Assembly: GCA_002633005.1 (NCBI GenBank)
Contig: NMRA01000527.1
Span: forward strand, 186,001-250,000
Length of the DNA: 64,000 nucleotides
DNA from: Phoronis australis
Lineage: Eukaryota > Animalia > Phoronida
Reading direction: 5' to 3'
Shown here: one piece after another, positions 45,266 to 58,960 of the stretch
How the letters are laid out: every line of letters starts with the position of its first letter
Numbering within the stretch: position 1 is the first letter of the stretch
The notes under the pieces: generated by a model
The model's input: the letters and a program-made list of their open reading frames with translations, nothing else
What the model was told of the DNA's origin: nothing
Databases searched by the model: none
Position numbers and translations under genes: made by a program

Positions 45266-48200
45266 ATGTTGTACGCTAAATAGACGAAGAGTTACAGCAA
45301 TGTTTTACTACTTTTAAAACCCATGTTTTTCTGATAAACTAGAACGTACAGAGCATAAGGACTGGCACATGGTTTATACGTGTGTCCAGTTTCAAGCTGA
45401 ACATAATCTGTGCACTCTTGAAGGGACTGCAAACCGGATCTGACTGGCTTGATAAAGAACCTAACTTCCAAGGTAAACACCAACTAAAACCAGCAGATCC
45501 CCTGGGAATTTCCAGTTGAGAAAGACATGATAAAGAATATCAGCACATTTACTAAGTCTGATTACTCACCAACTTTCAAACTTTTCAACTCAAGGAATTC
45601 CAATATTCAAAAGATTCTAGCATGAAATCTACTAACAAGAAAAGATCCTTTGTTATCAGTTACCCAGGTCAGCAGGTTAGCAGCCCAGAGAGCATGCAGG
45701 TTTTGTTATTAAAAACATATCCCACAATGCATTAGTTGACAACATGACCTCAAAGGTCAGGATAAGACAACGGCATTGGCTGATGATGACCACTGGTAAT
45801 GTCAAGTTCTCAAAGCACATTTCTGAATGTGTTTGCAGTAATATTAATCCAAATAATTTAAGACAAAATGCCATCTGAGTAAATCAAATGATGGATGAAG
45901 CCCATTTACATCTCACTGCATAATAACAAATCTATTTATGTCATTTGGTTTAAAAGTTGGTGAATATGTAAACTGCAGTCAATTTCAAGAAAATATGAAA
46001 CACAATAGAAGCTAGGCAATGACCATCGCCTCTGTTGAAGGAACAACGTCGAGCTTCTTCATAAAATTTCAAGTCTTTATAAAGAGAACTAATCAGACCA
46101 TCATCTAGCAGGTGTCCCAGGTTTCTAGATGGAACCCTAACTTAAATTTAGACACCCTTGATACTACACCCTTGGTGTTTAGCATTAGGACGCCCAAGTA
46201 AGACTTGTAGGTCAGGGAGCCCATTAGCCACATCAAGGTTAAAAAGTAGTTAAGATATGATATAGGATACAAAAAAAGTTTATTGCAGAACCAGTCTCCA
46301 AAGCAACATACCACACTACAATAGAGTTCTAGGCATAAAAACAGTCATAAATCATTGGTCATGTACACCGTGTGAAATTAGAAACCCATTTTGAACTTTC
46401 CAATTTTAAAATTCTCTAAGAACCCCTTCCTGGAAGTGAACGAAATTTCCCATATTTTGGTGATCAAATCCAATGAAATAATTGCTTTTCTGATACAATG
46501 GCGACGTATTGAAATAAGGTACGTTGCTGCACAGATATGTTGTGAAAAAATATTTAGTACATTTGAATGGAACTGAGATTGAAAACAATGGGATTTCATA
46601 GCACTCTTAATTCTTTACAATCATCACATTTAATTACGATTATGTGGCGTATTGTTCAGATGTCTCATCTAAAAAAACATGCAAAATATCTGGAAAGGAC
46701 ACAGACCACGCTTCATCTTCCTCTGAGGGGGGCCTGTCTTAATTAATTGTCCACGTGAATTTGAGATTGGATCCAGCGGAAGCCAATTTCATGCTCTGGC
46801 AACTTTAAATAGTTGCGCGAGACAAGTTTGCAACATATTCCCTTCAACACTGCCCAGTGCATTTCAAAAATCAATGAAGTAGTTTGTGATGTGTCTAGAT
46901 GCTACAAAGACTCTAGTAGAGCTCAAGGTCCATTAACACGTGACAGATAATTCAAAGAAATTCCACCTTTTGCAGTAAGTGAGTCTGCAGAACAATAATC
47001 AATCAATGATAGTTATTTCTGTCATTTCCTCCACTCTTAATCAAGTTGTACAATAACCCAATGTGGTACTTCGGTAACCTTTATCGACTACCCGCTGTAA
47101 CAAAACAAAATGAAGAAGATACCAAGATTAACGATTTATGCCAATTCTTCACCTAATTCGCACAAAAATAATTGCCATTTTCTAAGTTTTTCAACTGGCT
47201 GATTTACCTTGCTTCAAATATGGAAACTTTACCAGATGCAAAAGATCTCTTTACTGAAGTGAAAGCAAGCAACCTGCGCTCAATATAGTATGGCTCCAGA
47301 TAGAAATCTCCTTTGTCCTGGATGCAGGAAAACGCACCATTACAATGGCCTCATTCTAAAAATGTCAAGCTTATTCGAGGAATTATGTTGCAAAATATTG
47401 CATCTATACTTCTTAGGTTTATCTTAGCTTTCTGTCATCAGAATTAGAACTCACAGCACAACAATAAAACTTTGCTGTCATTGGAACATCAAATACAATT
47501 AACAGCCGAGAAAAAATGAAAAAAGCAAGGCGCAAAAAAATAAAATGAGAACCTCCAATGGCATGAAAATGAGGTCAGAGAACTGCTTGACGCATTTCTC
47601 AGCATTGTGGGAAAAACGCAAGATTCAAATATCGCTGTGAAACCTAGAACCGTCTTAGTCCTTCCAACTTTTGCAGAACAAGACGGGTGAACCTCCCGAC
47701 ATAGTTTTTTGAGCTTCAATAATGTAATAACAATATACCAGTGACAATAATGACAGCATGCAATAAAAAACACTGCTAAATCCCATTTCCTAAAATCTAG
47801 CTTGATCAAACTGTATCATGAAGGCAAGCCCATGACACTATTATCATGTCAGGCAAAGTAACATAGCAAAAACACTTAGTTTGTTATGACTGACAGTGAA
47901 TTATAGGCAACTAGACACATAAATATGCCCTGAATTGGGTAGGGAGGTCTGCCCTGGAACACCTGCGCAGCCAGCCACTGCGACATCTGTGCCTAAGGCT
48001 TAAGAACATGTTGCCTAAGCTAAGAACATGTCTTTCATCAAACAAGAAACAGTTAGGCATACATACAGAAAACCGGACAAATTCCTACTTAGAGAGTCCA
48101 TACACGTTTTTACAACGCACTAACACTCGTTTGCCTTGAAACTTTTTCCAATCACAAAAACAGGCTATACATGATGGAACATTGCAATTTTATTTTATCA

Positions 48201-51200
48201 AAATTTTCAAGAAGAGTAAACAAGAAGACTATTTTTCTTGATTATGTAAGAACTTTATACAGTATGGTTGCCATCAGCAAGCAAACCATGAAATTTTGAA
48301 CAGTTTTGGCAATGTAATGATTGATTGAAAAAAGAAAAACTGAAAATTTTGACCATCGCCTTTGTTTGAAATGGTCAGGAGGCAAGAGATTGACAAGAAA
48401 AAATTGTTAATGACAAGGAAAGTTACATCTATCAAGAGAAGAACACAATAAGGTAACAATCCTGTACTTTTTATCTCCTTTCACAACTCCGCAAGGCGAG
48501 TAAACGAATTAAGATGTTGATTCAAAAGTCTGTAACTTCTGTGGGCAGTCACAAATTTTTCTTTAATGGCTGCGCCTGTCAAAGTCATACAAGTGAAGTT
48601 AGAGGTAAGTGAGAACAGCTGAGAGGACTGGAAAGCATTTACTAGGATAGTGTTGTGAGACAACGCCGCGAGAACCTCACGGAAAAGCAAGATCACGTGC
48701 AAGACCTCGTAACACCACACGACTGAAAGGCAATCAGTGTTTTACGAGTATGCTCAAGTCCAGACTACCGTAACCTAGCAAAATGGGAGCCATTGAAGTT
48801 TTGGTCGATGAGGTTTGAACGTCATGTTATGAGATAGAATTCTGGGATCAAATTCAAAGTTTCCGTTTCATAGATTTCTCGCCACAAGCGCATCACTAAT
48901 GTCCCAAGTCTACGGAATGCAGCTCTGCAGAGAACACATGTAAGCTCCAGTTTGAAAACGGTTGAAGGTGCTAAGGATAAAAAGCTATTGGTACAACAAA
49001 GACTACGTAGTTGGCCAAAGAGAGCCTGCTAAAGCATTCTACCATGTGATCTGAATTATTGAACAACAGGGATACAGATACTAAATGGTACAACACCTGG
49101 AGAGAAAATAGTCTGATGATCAGGTGCACTGTTACAATTACACATGCAGACAGAGAGTAGTCTCCCACATAACTTGAACTGACTTAAACCGAACCCAGAC
49201 AACGCAGAGGCGGATTTAGGAGCACCCCTCACCTAGAATTCTCCCAGATTCCACTTGGTTAAGTTTGACAGGCAAAATCCTGGCTAATACTCTGCCCTGT
49301 CCCTGCCTAAATCACAGTCTTGGATACGTCCCTGCAATATGAAAATTGATATCAAAGCTTCAACCACTACCTGAAGGATAATCTGAAAATTGCGTCCCTA
49401 GTGTCAATTTCATGAGCTGTTATGTAACAACACGGATTTGACCGAAACTTCTAATTTCAACCTGGATATTTTTCAAAGAATTCTCCTTGTAATAGCACAT
49501 CTATGCGACTTGCACAGGAGAAATTGAGACTACAGGTATACTAGTACTAGCCTAAACATAGATAGCTTGGCATTTTGGCAGTAAATACCGGACAAAAACA
49601 TGTACCAAAAATCCTACGCGATTTCCAATTAAAATCAAATTGCCACGAGACACCTTAAACAGAAATGAAACCTAATTCCATTGATTTTGTATGCTGTCAA
49701 TTTATGCAACCAAAACTTGAGGACATGAATGAACCAGATGTTTGAGGGAAAGTAGTCCCACCGGTACATTAAAATAATTGCGATGACAAAACACTGTATA
49801 ACTATATTTACTACATATTAGCAGGCTCCAACGGCTAATTAACCCATAAAAGTACTTTTCTAAAACGAACCCAGGGACTCGTGTAATGCAGACGACTTTG
49901 ACGACATAGTTGTACCTTAGTTCTGAGCTTCTGAGCTTGAATATTGTAACAGTATCTCGAAGTATCGAAGTATCCGTAGCAATTTACGGGAATGCAACAA
50001 AATCCTGCACTACTGCAGACGGGAGCGAAACACCAGGAAGCGTTGCAGTAGCACAGTTTTATACTAAAACTATCAACTGAGACCTACCAAATCGGATCTG
50101 CTATAATCTATGATAGGAAATAACAACATGTTTTATCTCCCTGGTATTTCCTAGCTTTAATGCCAAGCAGAATCTAGACCATTCCTGTTAGTCAATGGCA
50201 AATACAATCACCACAGGGCACCTGGCACCTCAAGATACATATACACATAAGACACAGACTGCTCATAAAATCCTAGTATAGCTCACTGTAAAACACATGG
50301 AGGACTACCAATCACAAACTATACCCAGCTTACAAAATTGAACCATTAGAAAATGAGGAGCACATCTCATATGACGACAAAATTAGGTAGATTGACAGAG
50401 GGTTCTTTATTCCAGTAAATTCATATAATTGAGGCCACAGTCATTGTGGTTATTTCCAGACTTTTCCTGGTCAGATTGAACTCATTAAGACCAGATTGTC
50501 TAGCGGACAGCTGCCAAATTAAGACAATAAGTACACAGACATGTAGAAGACAATAAATACTTGGTTTACATGAATTGTGTGCTACACCTCAGGGAATTCA
50601 ATACATTATCTGACCTCCATGAGCACTGCTGGGATCAGCCACAAAACTAAAGGAATAGGCACAAGTCAACTATCTATTTACACATCAACAGACCATGCAG
50701 TATCAGTGTGCACCAGCTCAGTGAAACCCAAAACACAGCATGAGTCATGAGTCATAGTCACAACAAAGAAAAATTCAAATTGTGGTCTGGCTCACAAAAT
50801 ATCCCATGACAGACACAGAGCAGATTCTGGCTGGAGGTTAGTTATGTCATTTTACATATAATCCACTTGCAGTTACCAGAACACAAGTTTGCAGTTTCCA
50901 CAAACATATTAGAACTAGATTTGACAACAATCATTACAGTAAGATTCAATGCCAGAATTTCACCCAATAGCAGTGATGACAGAGCTTGATTTAGAGTCAA
51001 AAAAGGCCTTAATTTCCCACTCCCTCGAAAGGTTCCGATGACATCGGACTTATCGACAGGGGTCGCTGCCTGCGTTTGCCAACAGCAGACGGTAACTGGT
51101 TACTTAATTCTAATTATTATTTTGGCGGTAAAAGCATTCTGTCTCAATTCACGCAGGGCTCGACATTAACGGTAGTCCAACTGCCTGGGACAACCAATTT

Positions 51201-51574
51201 GTTGGTCCGGACAACCTCACGGCCGAATGAATTTTTGGAAACTATAGAAAATCTTAACGATAAGAACTTCTCTGTAGCAGTGATAACTCACTTGTTTAGT
51301 CGTCAGTGTCGGTAAGATGTGGCGCAAATCAGCAAGGTGTTGTTTAGATTATGCAGGAACTCATGACTGGACGCGATCTGAGGCACTTGCATTCGAATAG
51401 TTCTAGTCAAAGTGACGTGCTCTCATTTAAATACATGGCAGTATCTCACGTAATCTGGCAAAGTTTTGATTTTAGCTAGGACGGTCCTAGCGTAGTTCCA
51501 AGCGTTTTGAATGCACGCCAGGTTTCCGACGATTCGTCTCATCCTTCTAGGTTAAACGCATGTTTTTAATAGTT

Positions 51575-52196
51575 TCACTTCTGTCACCAAAATTGAAGCG
51601 CCAAACCAAAGGCAAGAGCACAAAAAAACAACTTGTAATTAGCGCAAGTTGAACATTTTGTCCACGTTCCACGACAACAAAAACTTATTTTTTTTAACAT
51701 TCCATTCGCCAAATGACTTTTACAAGATATGTTTTTGCTTCATTATTTTGGCAGCTGACCAAGTACCCCTATAGCCTAATAGTAGTATCTTCCGACTGTT
51801 AAGCAGGTGCTTTGAACAACTGCTGTGTTGGCTTCGAACTCAAAAAGAAATATACAATGTATATAAAATGACCCTGTTGAAAGTACTCAATAAGAAGACC
51901 TGTCGATCATAAGCACCTATTTGGTTGCCTAAGTGTCCAGTAGGAAGCAAATCTTTACACAATCAAGTGCTTCCCTTAAAAATACACTGCGAAGTAGCGG
52001 AGTCTTGTTTAATCTGTCTTTATTCTCAAGAAACTTGCCCTACTGAACGCACGACTACCTGTAGGAATACTTTAGGTACGTAAACACCCAATCACACTCA
52101 GGGTCACGACGCCACTGTATCGCGTAAGCAGGCCGTCGAAGACCATTACTAAAATCCCCCGACGTCAGTGTAGCTCCATCAGGGTAAAATCGGTCG
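51575..52196 (-). repeat. Interspersed repeat, copy 2 (inverted relative to 5569..6400)
   Basis: The reverse complement shares GACCGATTTTACC, ACACTGA.GTCGG, GTGCGTTCAGTAGGGCAAGTTTCTT and other blocks with copy 1. Confidence 0.75.
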
Positions 52197-53799
52197 AGCC
52201 CTGTCACGTATTTGCTGGATTCTTTACATTAAAAAATCACTGAATGTGTAGTGTACACAAAACAAGTTCCCGCCATGCCATACCGACTTTGTTTGGATCA
52301 GCCTGCTCAAGAGTCAATTTTTTTAATATGTCATTTTCTAGTACATCGTCATCGTCCCAACGTAGCAACCTTTTTTCTGCCTTATGAAGTTGATGTTTTA
52401 GCTTCCATCTTGGGAGAGGGAGAGGTCCTTGCCATTTCTGATGGGAATCACTGTCAAAAACAGCGCCCCTTGCAATAACTTCGAAGATGATGGGAACACT
52501 GACACTTAACTTCGCCATTAACCACAATTAACATCGAAGCTTCGGCAGTAGCGAAGTTAACTGTATGGGAAAGGGCCTAAACAATGGTGATGATATCGAT
52601 GCCTGAATTGGAATCAACAACAGAGGTGACATTCAAACTGAAGCCTTGAAATGGGGCTCACTAATTGTGACTGACAAAAAGATTCATGGTTTGAATTAGA
52701 TTTCACTAGCAATGCTGACATTGCGATTCAATGAATTAGGTCTTACCAGGAAGATATTATCCGATTTTACCAGCAGATGTGACACTATTATACCTACGCA
52801 CAGACATAACTATTATTCTGAAATCTTATCACGGTGACCTGAAAACCCAGATCTCTAAGTCCATCAAATGTAAAACTACTGTCTATATTCAAAGAAGGAA
52901 GTTCTTTGACAATTCAACTTACCCATACTGTTATTGAAACGACGTTGAGAGAGGAAACGTATGCGAATTCTATCAGAAAGGAACGTTTCCTGAGCCTCTC
53001 ACAACATTATAATAATACATTTGGTGGTCTGTTTTTCAACATGGGTTACAAATTTTGATTGCATTAAAAAGAGTCAATTTTCGGTAATGGAATAATTGAA
53101 AATAAAGTGTTTATTTAAATTTAATTACAATGCAATCCAAATGTATCGTAATAAACAAACTACAAATTTTGAAACTATAAATGACAAAATACTTGGAGAA
53201 ATAATGTTCTCAAAATTATGTTCTTCCAAAAAAGCACCAACAATTCAAATACCCATACCTCAGAGCCACAATCTGAGACAAAAATATCAACAGACAAGCA
53301 AAAAGCATTTCCAAAACAACAATTTCATGACTTCAGTATGGACTGTTCAAGCATAGACTATAGAGTATCTATGGTTCAAGTTAGTCTCACCTAAACTGAG
53401 CGACATCCATATGCTTCAGACAAAGAACAGAAAATATCAACAAGAACACATGGTCCTCGCCCTCGGCTCTTTAGTCTGTTATTTTAGTTTCGCGCGTTTT
53501 CCACTCAGAATTGATGTGGGGCAACCAACCACCGTCACAAAGAAAGTGCAGTTGAGTGTTTATCACCTGATGAGCAGTTACGAAGAATAGTTACAGACGT
53601 GCAATCTGCTCGTGGTTCACAGAGGCTTTCGTTGAAACTGAACATTCACCACGAGGTAAAGCAAAACAATAACACTAACAGCCAGACATTACGGTAACTG
53701 AGATCGTGTGATCTCACACAATTCACAATTCCCAACCCTGTCGCAGCATTATGCGATGACCGACAGTAAAACAGACGGGGAAAGAGTAATGAAACTTAC

Positions 53800-53925
53800 C
53801 ACACGTAAGTCGCTGCTCAAATTCGAAAAATACTCGCGCAAACACCAGCTTCAAACTTGCACATTTGCGAACAAAACCATAACAAAGCAGTATGGCCGAT
53901 GTTTATCTTCCTCAGCGGATACCGA
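53800..53925 (-). other. Probable non-coding first exon of YPEL
   Basis: Strong donor GTG|GTAAGT at 53800/53799, CpG-enriched sequence, and position immediately downstream (on the minus strand) of a dense promoter motif cluster. It would splice over about 15 kb to the acceptor at 38718. Confidence 0.6.
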
Positions 53926-53965
53926 AGTACGTCACGTCACGTGACCAATATCACCTTGACGCAGC
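53926..53965 (-). promoter_or_regulatory. Putative YPEL core promoter: CRE-like, palindromic E-box/CLEAR (GTCACGTGAC) and CCAAT motifs
   Basis: TACGTCA at 53928..53934, GTCACGTGAC at 53936..53945, CCAAT at 53945..53949 and TGACGCA at about 53957. Confidence 0.6.
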
Positions 53966-54569
53966 TTGCAAAAGTTGTCAGGGAAGTGCCCCCCATTCTA
54001 CTTGACTTTTGAAATGCAAAAATATACCAAAATGCAATCTAGAGCATTTAGATGGTTTTTTCACTAAATATCAAACAGTTCGACCTATGGTTTGGAAAAC
54101 TTCTCACAATGCTATCAGCGGAAATCTCATTGTTTAGACTCTAGCTCCCCTTTCAGAAATGAACTAGTCTTTTAAGAATTAAAGTAGGGATTCCCCGTGT
54201 CTGACATTGGCTTGCACATTGCTTTGCCAGCGGTGTACGAATGATTCTCGAGTCTGTTCTGATAAACCACGTTTTTTCGCTCTCAGGCAGGGAGCATGAG
54301 TAACCAATGTACAGTGTATCACGTCAGTTGTCAACAGGAACCTACATGTATACACCGACTGTATCTCGGTACATTCATTGTACTTGTAACCTATATAGTA
54401 CAGTACTACCTAGCTAGGCAGTAGTCCAATAATTTGTTCTGACATTACGCACCATTCCGATTACCTGGGCATCCCGGGACGAGTACCATTGATCACGAAA
54501 ACCAACGTGTGTGCTCTGGTTATTAGCCCCAGGATTGTACCTTTTGGAGATTAAGTTACCGTTGGCATT

Positions 54570-54616
54570 GGGGTTAGGGTTGACGTTGGGTTTACGGTTG
54601 GGCTTGGGGTTAGGGT
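54570..54616 (+). repeat. Degenerate telomere-like hexamer run (GGGTTA-like)
   Basis: GGGTTAGGGTTGACGTTGGGTTTACGGTTGGGCTTGGGGTTAGGGT shows 6-bp periodicity. Confidence 0.6.
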
Positions 54617-57600
54617 GAAACTTCAGAACATGCGTTTTAGTAAAATTTGAAAATTTCCTATTTGCTACACTCCTGCGCCTTACGTTAGCGAAACCACAAG
54701 AGCAGTAATTTCATTACTTCTGACAAAACGGGGCTTTCAACATTTAAAAGTGATAGCTTTAGCGAGAAAAGTGATTTTCTGATATCAGCGCCAGCGCGGT
54801 AATGAACCTGGTACGCTCGCAGGCGCAGTCGGAAAGCTATCGTTGGCCTAAAGTGCGAACGTTACGTGAGTAAATTAATCGTTTGCGGCTTAAATTAATT
54901 TTAACGGTGTAAAGTAATCGTGCCATTAATTGCTAATTTACGCCACTAACAAGAATTAATTTACGGATGTGATTTACGTTCACGTTCAGCTATTTGGCCA
55001 ACCCCATAACAAAAGCTCGACTGTCCTAATCCCCATGGCAGAGCCTTTTAGCCATATTTATCTGGTAAAGTTACCGACCTTGGTTGTAGCGAATGTCAAC
55101 CCGACAATTGCGAGAATTGGCGACTTGTAATAAGATAACAAAAATATTGTGTTATAGCTCTGGTCACACGTATTAATTTCATAACGTCTATTCCACCCAA
55201 CTGTAATACAAAAATGTGCTGTTCGAAAGTAAAAAATAATGCCTCTTGAAGTTTTACTGATGAGAGTTAAATTGATGCATTGTGGCAAGGAGTGTAGTGT
55301 AGTGTGTAACCCACAGATTGTCCCCACCACACACGTTTAGCTATCAGCTCCGACCAAGTTATTATAAACTTAGAAACAATAGCAAACTCGTGTAGAACTA
55401 AGGGATGTGGGCATAATCACTGTGTTTAATTACGGTGCAGCGCTCTAGAAATCCACATTCCTAGAAACTTTTAAAAATCGTGGTGTTATAATACTTTTAG
55501 CAAGTTACTACAGTCAGGGTCAGTTATGATTTTTGTTTACAGACCGTTTTCCTAAGTCATTTAGGATTCCTGCATTTTCGTTATATTAAATGCCTTGAGC
55601 TAAGTTATTTTGTTATTTTATGACTCGTTTTTTATTTAAAAGTGTCAGAGTTTTCAAAAATAGCTGGCGCGATAAGCCATTGGCTAGTTGTAATGTTTTA
55701 AAACAGACTTTTAATAAAAGTATTGTGTTGTCCTGGAAAATCTAACCACAAGTACAGGCGATTCTGGAGGGCAACCTTTCACATAAAAACGGGGTTATCG
55801 CTCGACTCACCACTTGTAGAAAGTGTTGAAAAAATCAAGGCTTTTTGTTAGTGTCAATCTACTGTGGAAACCATACGAGTTCGTGCTGGTCATGGCTTAA
55901 GTTAATTAGTTTGATTTCAAAATTACATGCATGTAAGACTTCCATGCTCAAAATTACATAACTTCGTTCTTTGTGCAACCTCTTAGCTTACGTATTTTTA
56001 AAAAGCGGCACAAACCCTTAATTTCTGCCAAAAATAAGTTTTAATTTAGGCCACTTACCGTAAATTCGTCCCATCTTTCTCGTTACTCTGTTTAAAAGTG
56101 ATACCGGGGCTCACGAAAAACTGAAAGTTCGTTCTTCAGATCAAGCTCATAAAATTTAAAGCCACTCCAATTTGACAAAGGAACATTTTTTAGACCAGTT
56201 TTATAAAGTTAAGTGGCGTAAATCAAAAATTGCCTTCTTTGTTATGGAAGGGGTATACAGCCGCTTTAGCGTATTTGTAAGTTCATGTGGTTGGGAATAC
56301 TTACGTACGTTTTTCATGAGGTAGCCTATAAGACCCACACCGTCCATATCTTCGCCTTTTGGCTCTTCTCCACTGTTTGGCCATATGCCAAATATCAGAG
56401 AGGATAAAAGTTTATGCCTGTGTATCATTTATTGGGAGTTTTGCCGGTGTATTCAATAATCGTGAAACATGGTACATCTGCACTAGCGTTGGTTTGGTGT
56501 TTGACGAAGTAATCAACCAAACTGGCTCAAGTGCAAGCAATATATGAAGTACAGGGGTTGGAAACGAGTCCATGCAGCAGCTCTAATTTCCAGCTACTGT
56601 CTGAGGATACTTCACTAGTTTCTGACAGTGCGCAACTGGAGAATTAGGATCACTGGACTGGAAAAGGTGTGTCGTTTGAAAGGAGCCTCCATAAAAGTAG
56701 TTATTTGTTCCAGAAATGCCACAGTTTTGTAGGGATTTTCCGCACTGGGCCTAACTCTTTCACCAGGATTTTTTGACAATATTCAATGAACTTTCAACCC
56801 ATTATGCCTGAAACCGCGCAAGAAGACTGCCATGTTGTCAAAACAGGGAATATTATACGCAGTTACATTTTTAGAAAATCGTTCTGTGTAGTGCTGTGTA
56901 ATTATATGTGATTTCTAGACCCAAATGGTGAACTCTTTCTGCAGGGAATGTGACGGAGCTTTTAGGCACCCTTTCGAAGGAAATTTTGTTAGAAATTCAC
57001 CCGTTCGTGTAGGTAAACTGGTCGTGAAAAGTTTGACTATTCTTTGCGGCACGTCGAGCCGAGTTACAAGCCACTTCTCTATGGAAGTACCCCCCCCCCC
57101 CTATGGATCAATGGAAGGCCCAGTCCTGGACCAGCAAACGCCAAAACCACGATACAAACTCAGCGTTCGACGAGCCGAAAATGCTTCATCATGGGGTAAC
57201 CATACGCGGTGGCGAAATTCTTACTCTGGGCTCAGACACATCAGTCCCGGAACTCAGAGCCCACCACCTAGGTGATTTCAGCTGGAATTAAGAGGCTTTC
57301 CATCGTTTCCACCCGGCTCTGAAGTCAAGTCATCTTTTTGTCGTCGCAGCTGCTTTCCGTCCAGTTGCTACGCGGCGCGCGTGCGATAGGCCTACACTAG
57401 CAGCGTCGGGCATTAGTCTGTTATTGATTAATTAATAAATTGTTGGTGTTGTGTACATTGTTTGGGTGGGTAGGGAATGAATTCAATATCTGTAATTGGC
57501 GCTCGAGTAGACTACAGGGGTTCCAATTTACTAAAAACTGACCGTGACGGCAGTAACTAGCCTGCTGATTAAATTATTCAGTTGATTTTTCGCCACTACG

Positions 57601-58430
57601 AGTCTCCTTGTCATTGTTCCCATTAATATTGATTTTTCATGGATTATTTTCTACAAGAAGTAGACTTATGCCTGGTCTTAATGATCAGCAGAACGGAAGA
57701 GTCGCAATCGCAGGTTGATGTAGACGTTGCCGTACGAAACATCAAAAGGTAATTATCATCAGTTGCTGTGCATCAGTTTGTACTACCTTAGCAGCCATGC
57801 AACTCTTCCACAGCTTGCCCTACCTTACGGCATTTTTTCACTCAGGGTGCAAATTTAGATTTTTTTGTGTTACGCAATTATATTGACAGAATTCCTTCAC
57901 CTTTGGCAGATATTTGTATGATGATCTTGTTTTAGCACTGGTACTTATGACATTTACGCATTTTAAAGTATGAAAAAATGTTAATTATGGCCAGAGTAAT
58001 CCTTGATATAGCTGAAAAGAGCCAGAAATTCATCGTTATTTTGCTTCACTGAAACATTGCATGCTTTTAATACACATGGCATTTAATTAAATCACCCATT
58101 TAATTGAAATTTAATGTTTTTTCATGATCCTAACATGCATTTCTTGTTTTTCTTCAGGAAATTGCCGGGATCTGAAAAGTCAAACACAATTTTCAGGCAC
58201 ACTTGCAAAATGATGTCAGTGTTATGCAAAACACGTAAATTTGCTTGTGCTCCTTCTGTTACAGCCAATACTGCCATGACTGAAAAAGAAAAGCACTACT
58301 AGTGTTTTGAACTGTTTTTTAATGGTTGATGGTATATAGAATTTGATTAAGAAACCACATGTTTGTACCAGATGTCCTAGTGATTGGTTTCCTCAACCAA
58401 ATAATATCACAGTCACCTAAGAAAAACTGT

Positions 58431-58960
58431 GTATTCTCCGTAGCCCTGTCTGAATTCCATTAAATACTTCCATAAATAAAAGATATTCGATACTGCACAT
58501 TGGGAATCTTGAAGCTATTTCTGGCCCACAAAAAACATTAGACCACGCCCTGGATTTGAATGATTGATCATAAGCAAAAATGTCTGTCGTATTCTCCGTA
58601 GCCCCTGTATTCTCCGTAGCCCCTGTATTCTCCGTAGCCCCTGTATTCTCCGTAGCCCCCAACTTTGAATATTGTTAGTACATGGTTTGAAAAAAATTGT
58701 ATCTAGGTGCACGTACTGAGGAAATAGAAACAAATAAAATCTCCAAGACAAGAACAATTAAAAAAATATTTATGGGTGGGGTTTGAGGCAAGTTTAGCTA
58801 AAATTACTTTTTCAGTTTAAACTCGTTATTAATAAAACATGAATGTTCTTTGGTCATTCAGAAGTGTTGGTATTAACAAGTAAATGAATTCTATTGCATT
58901 GTTCAAGTGTTCATCCATTTATAAACAGGTATCTGCATATTTCGTATTCTCCGTAGCCCC
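58431..58960. repeat. 18-bp motif GTATTCTCCGTAGCCCCT: 4 tandem copies (58589..58660) plus isolated copies at 58431 and 58944
   Basis: Directly visible; it gives the spurious (GATENT)n ORF. Confidence 0.9.
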
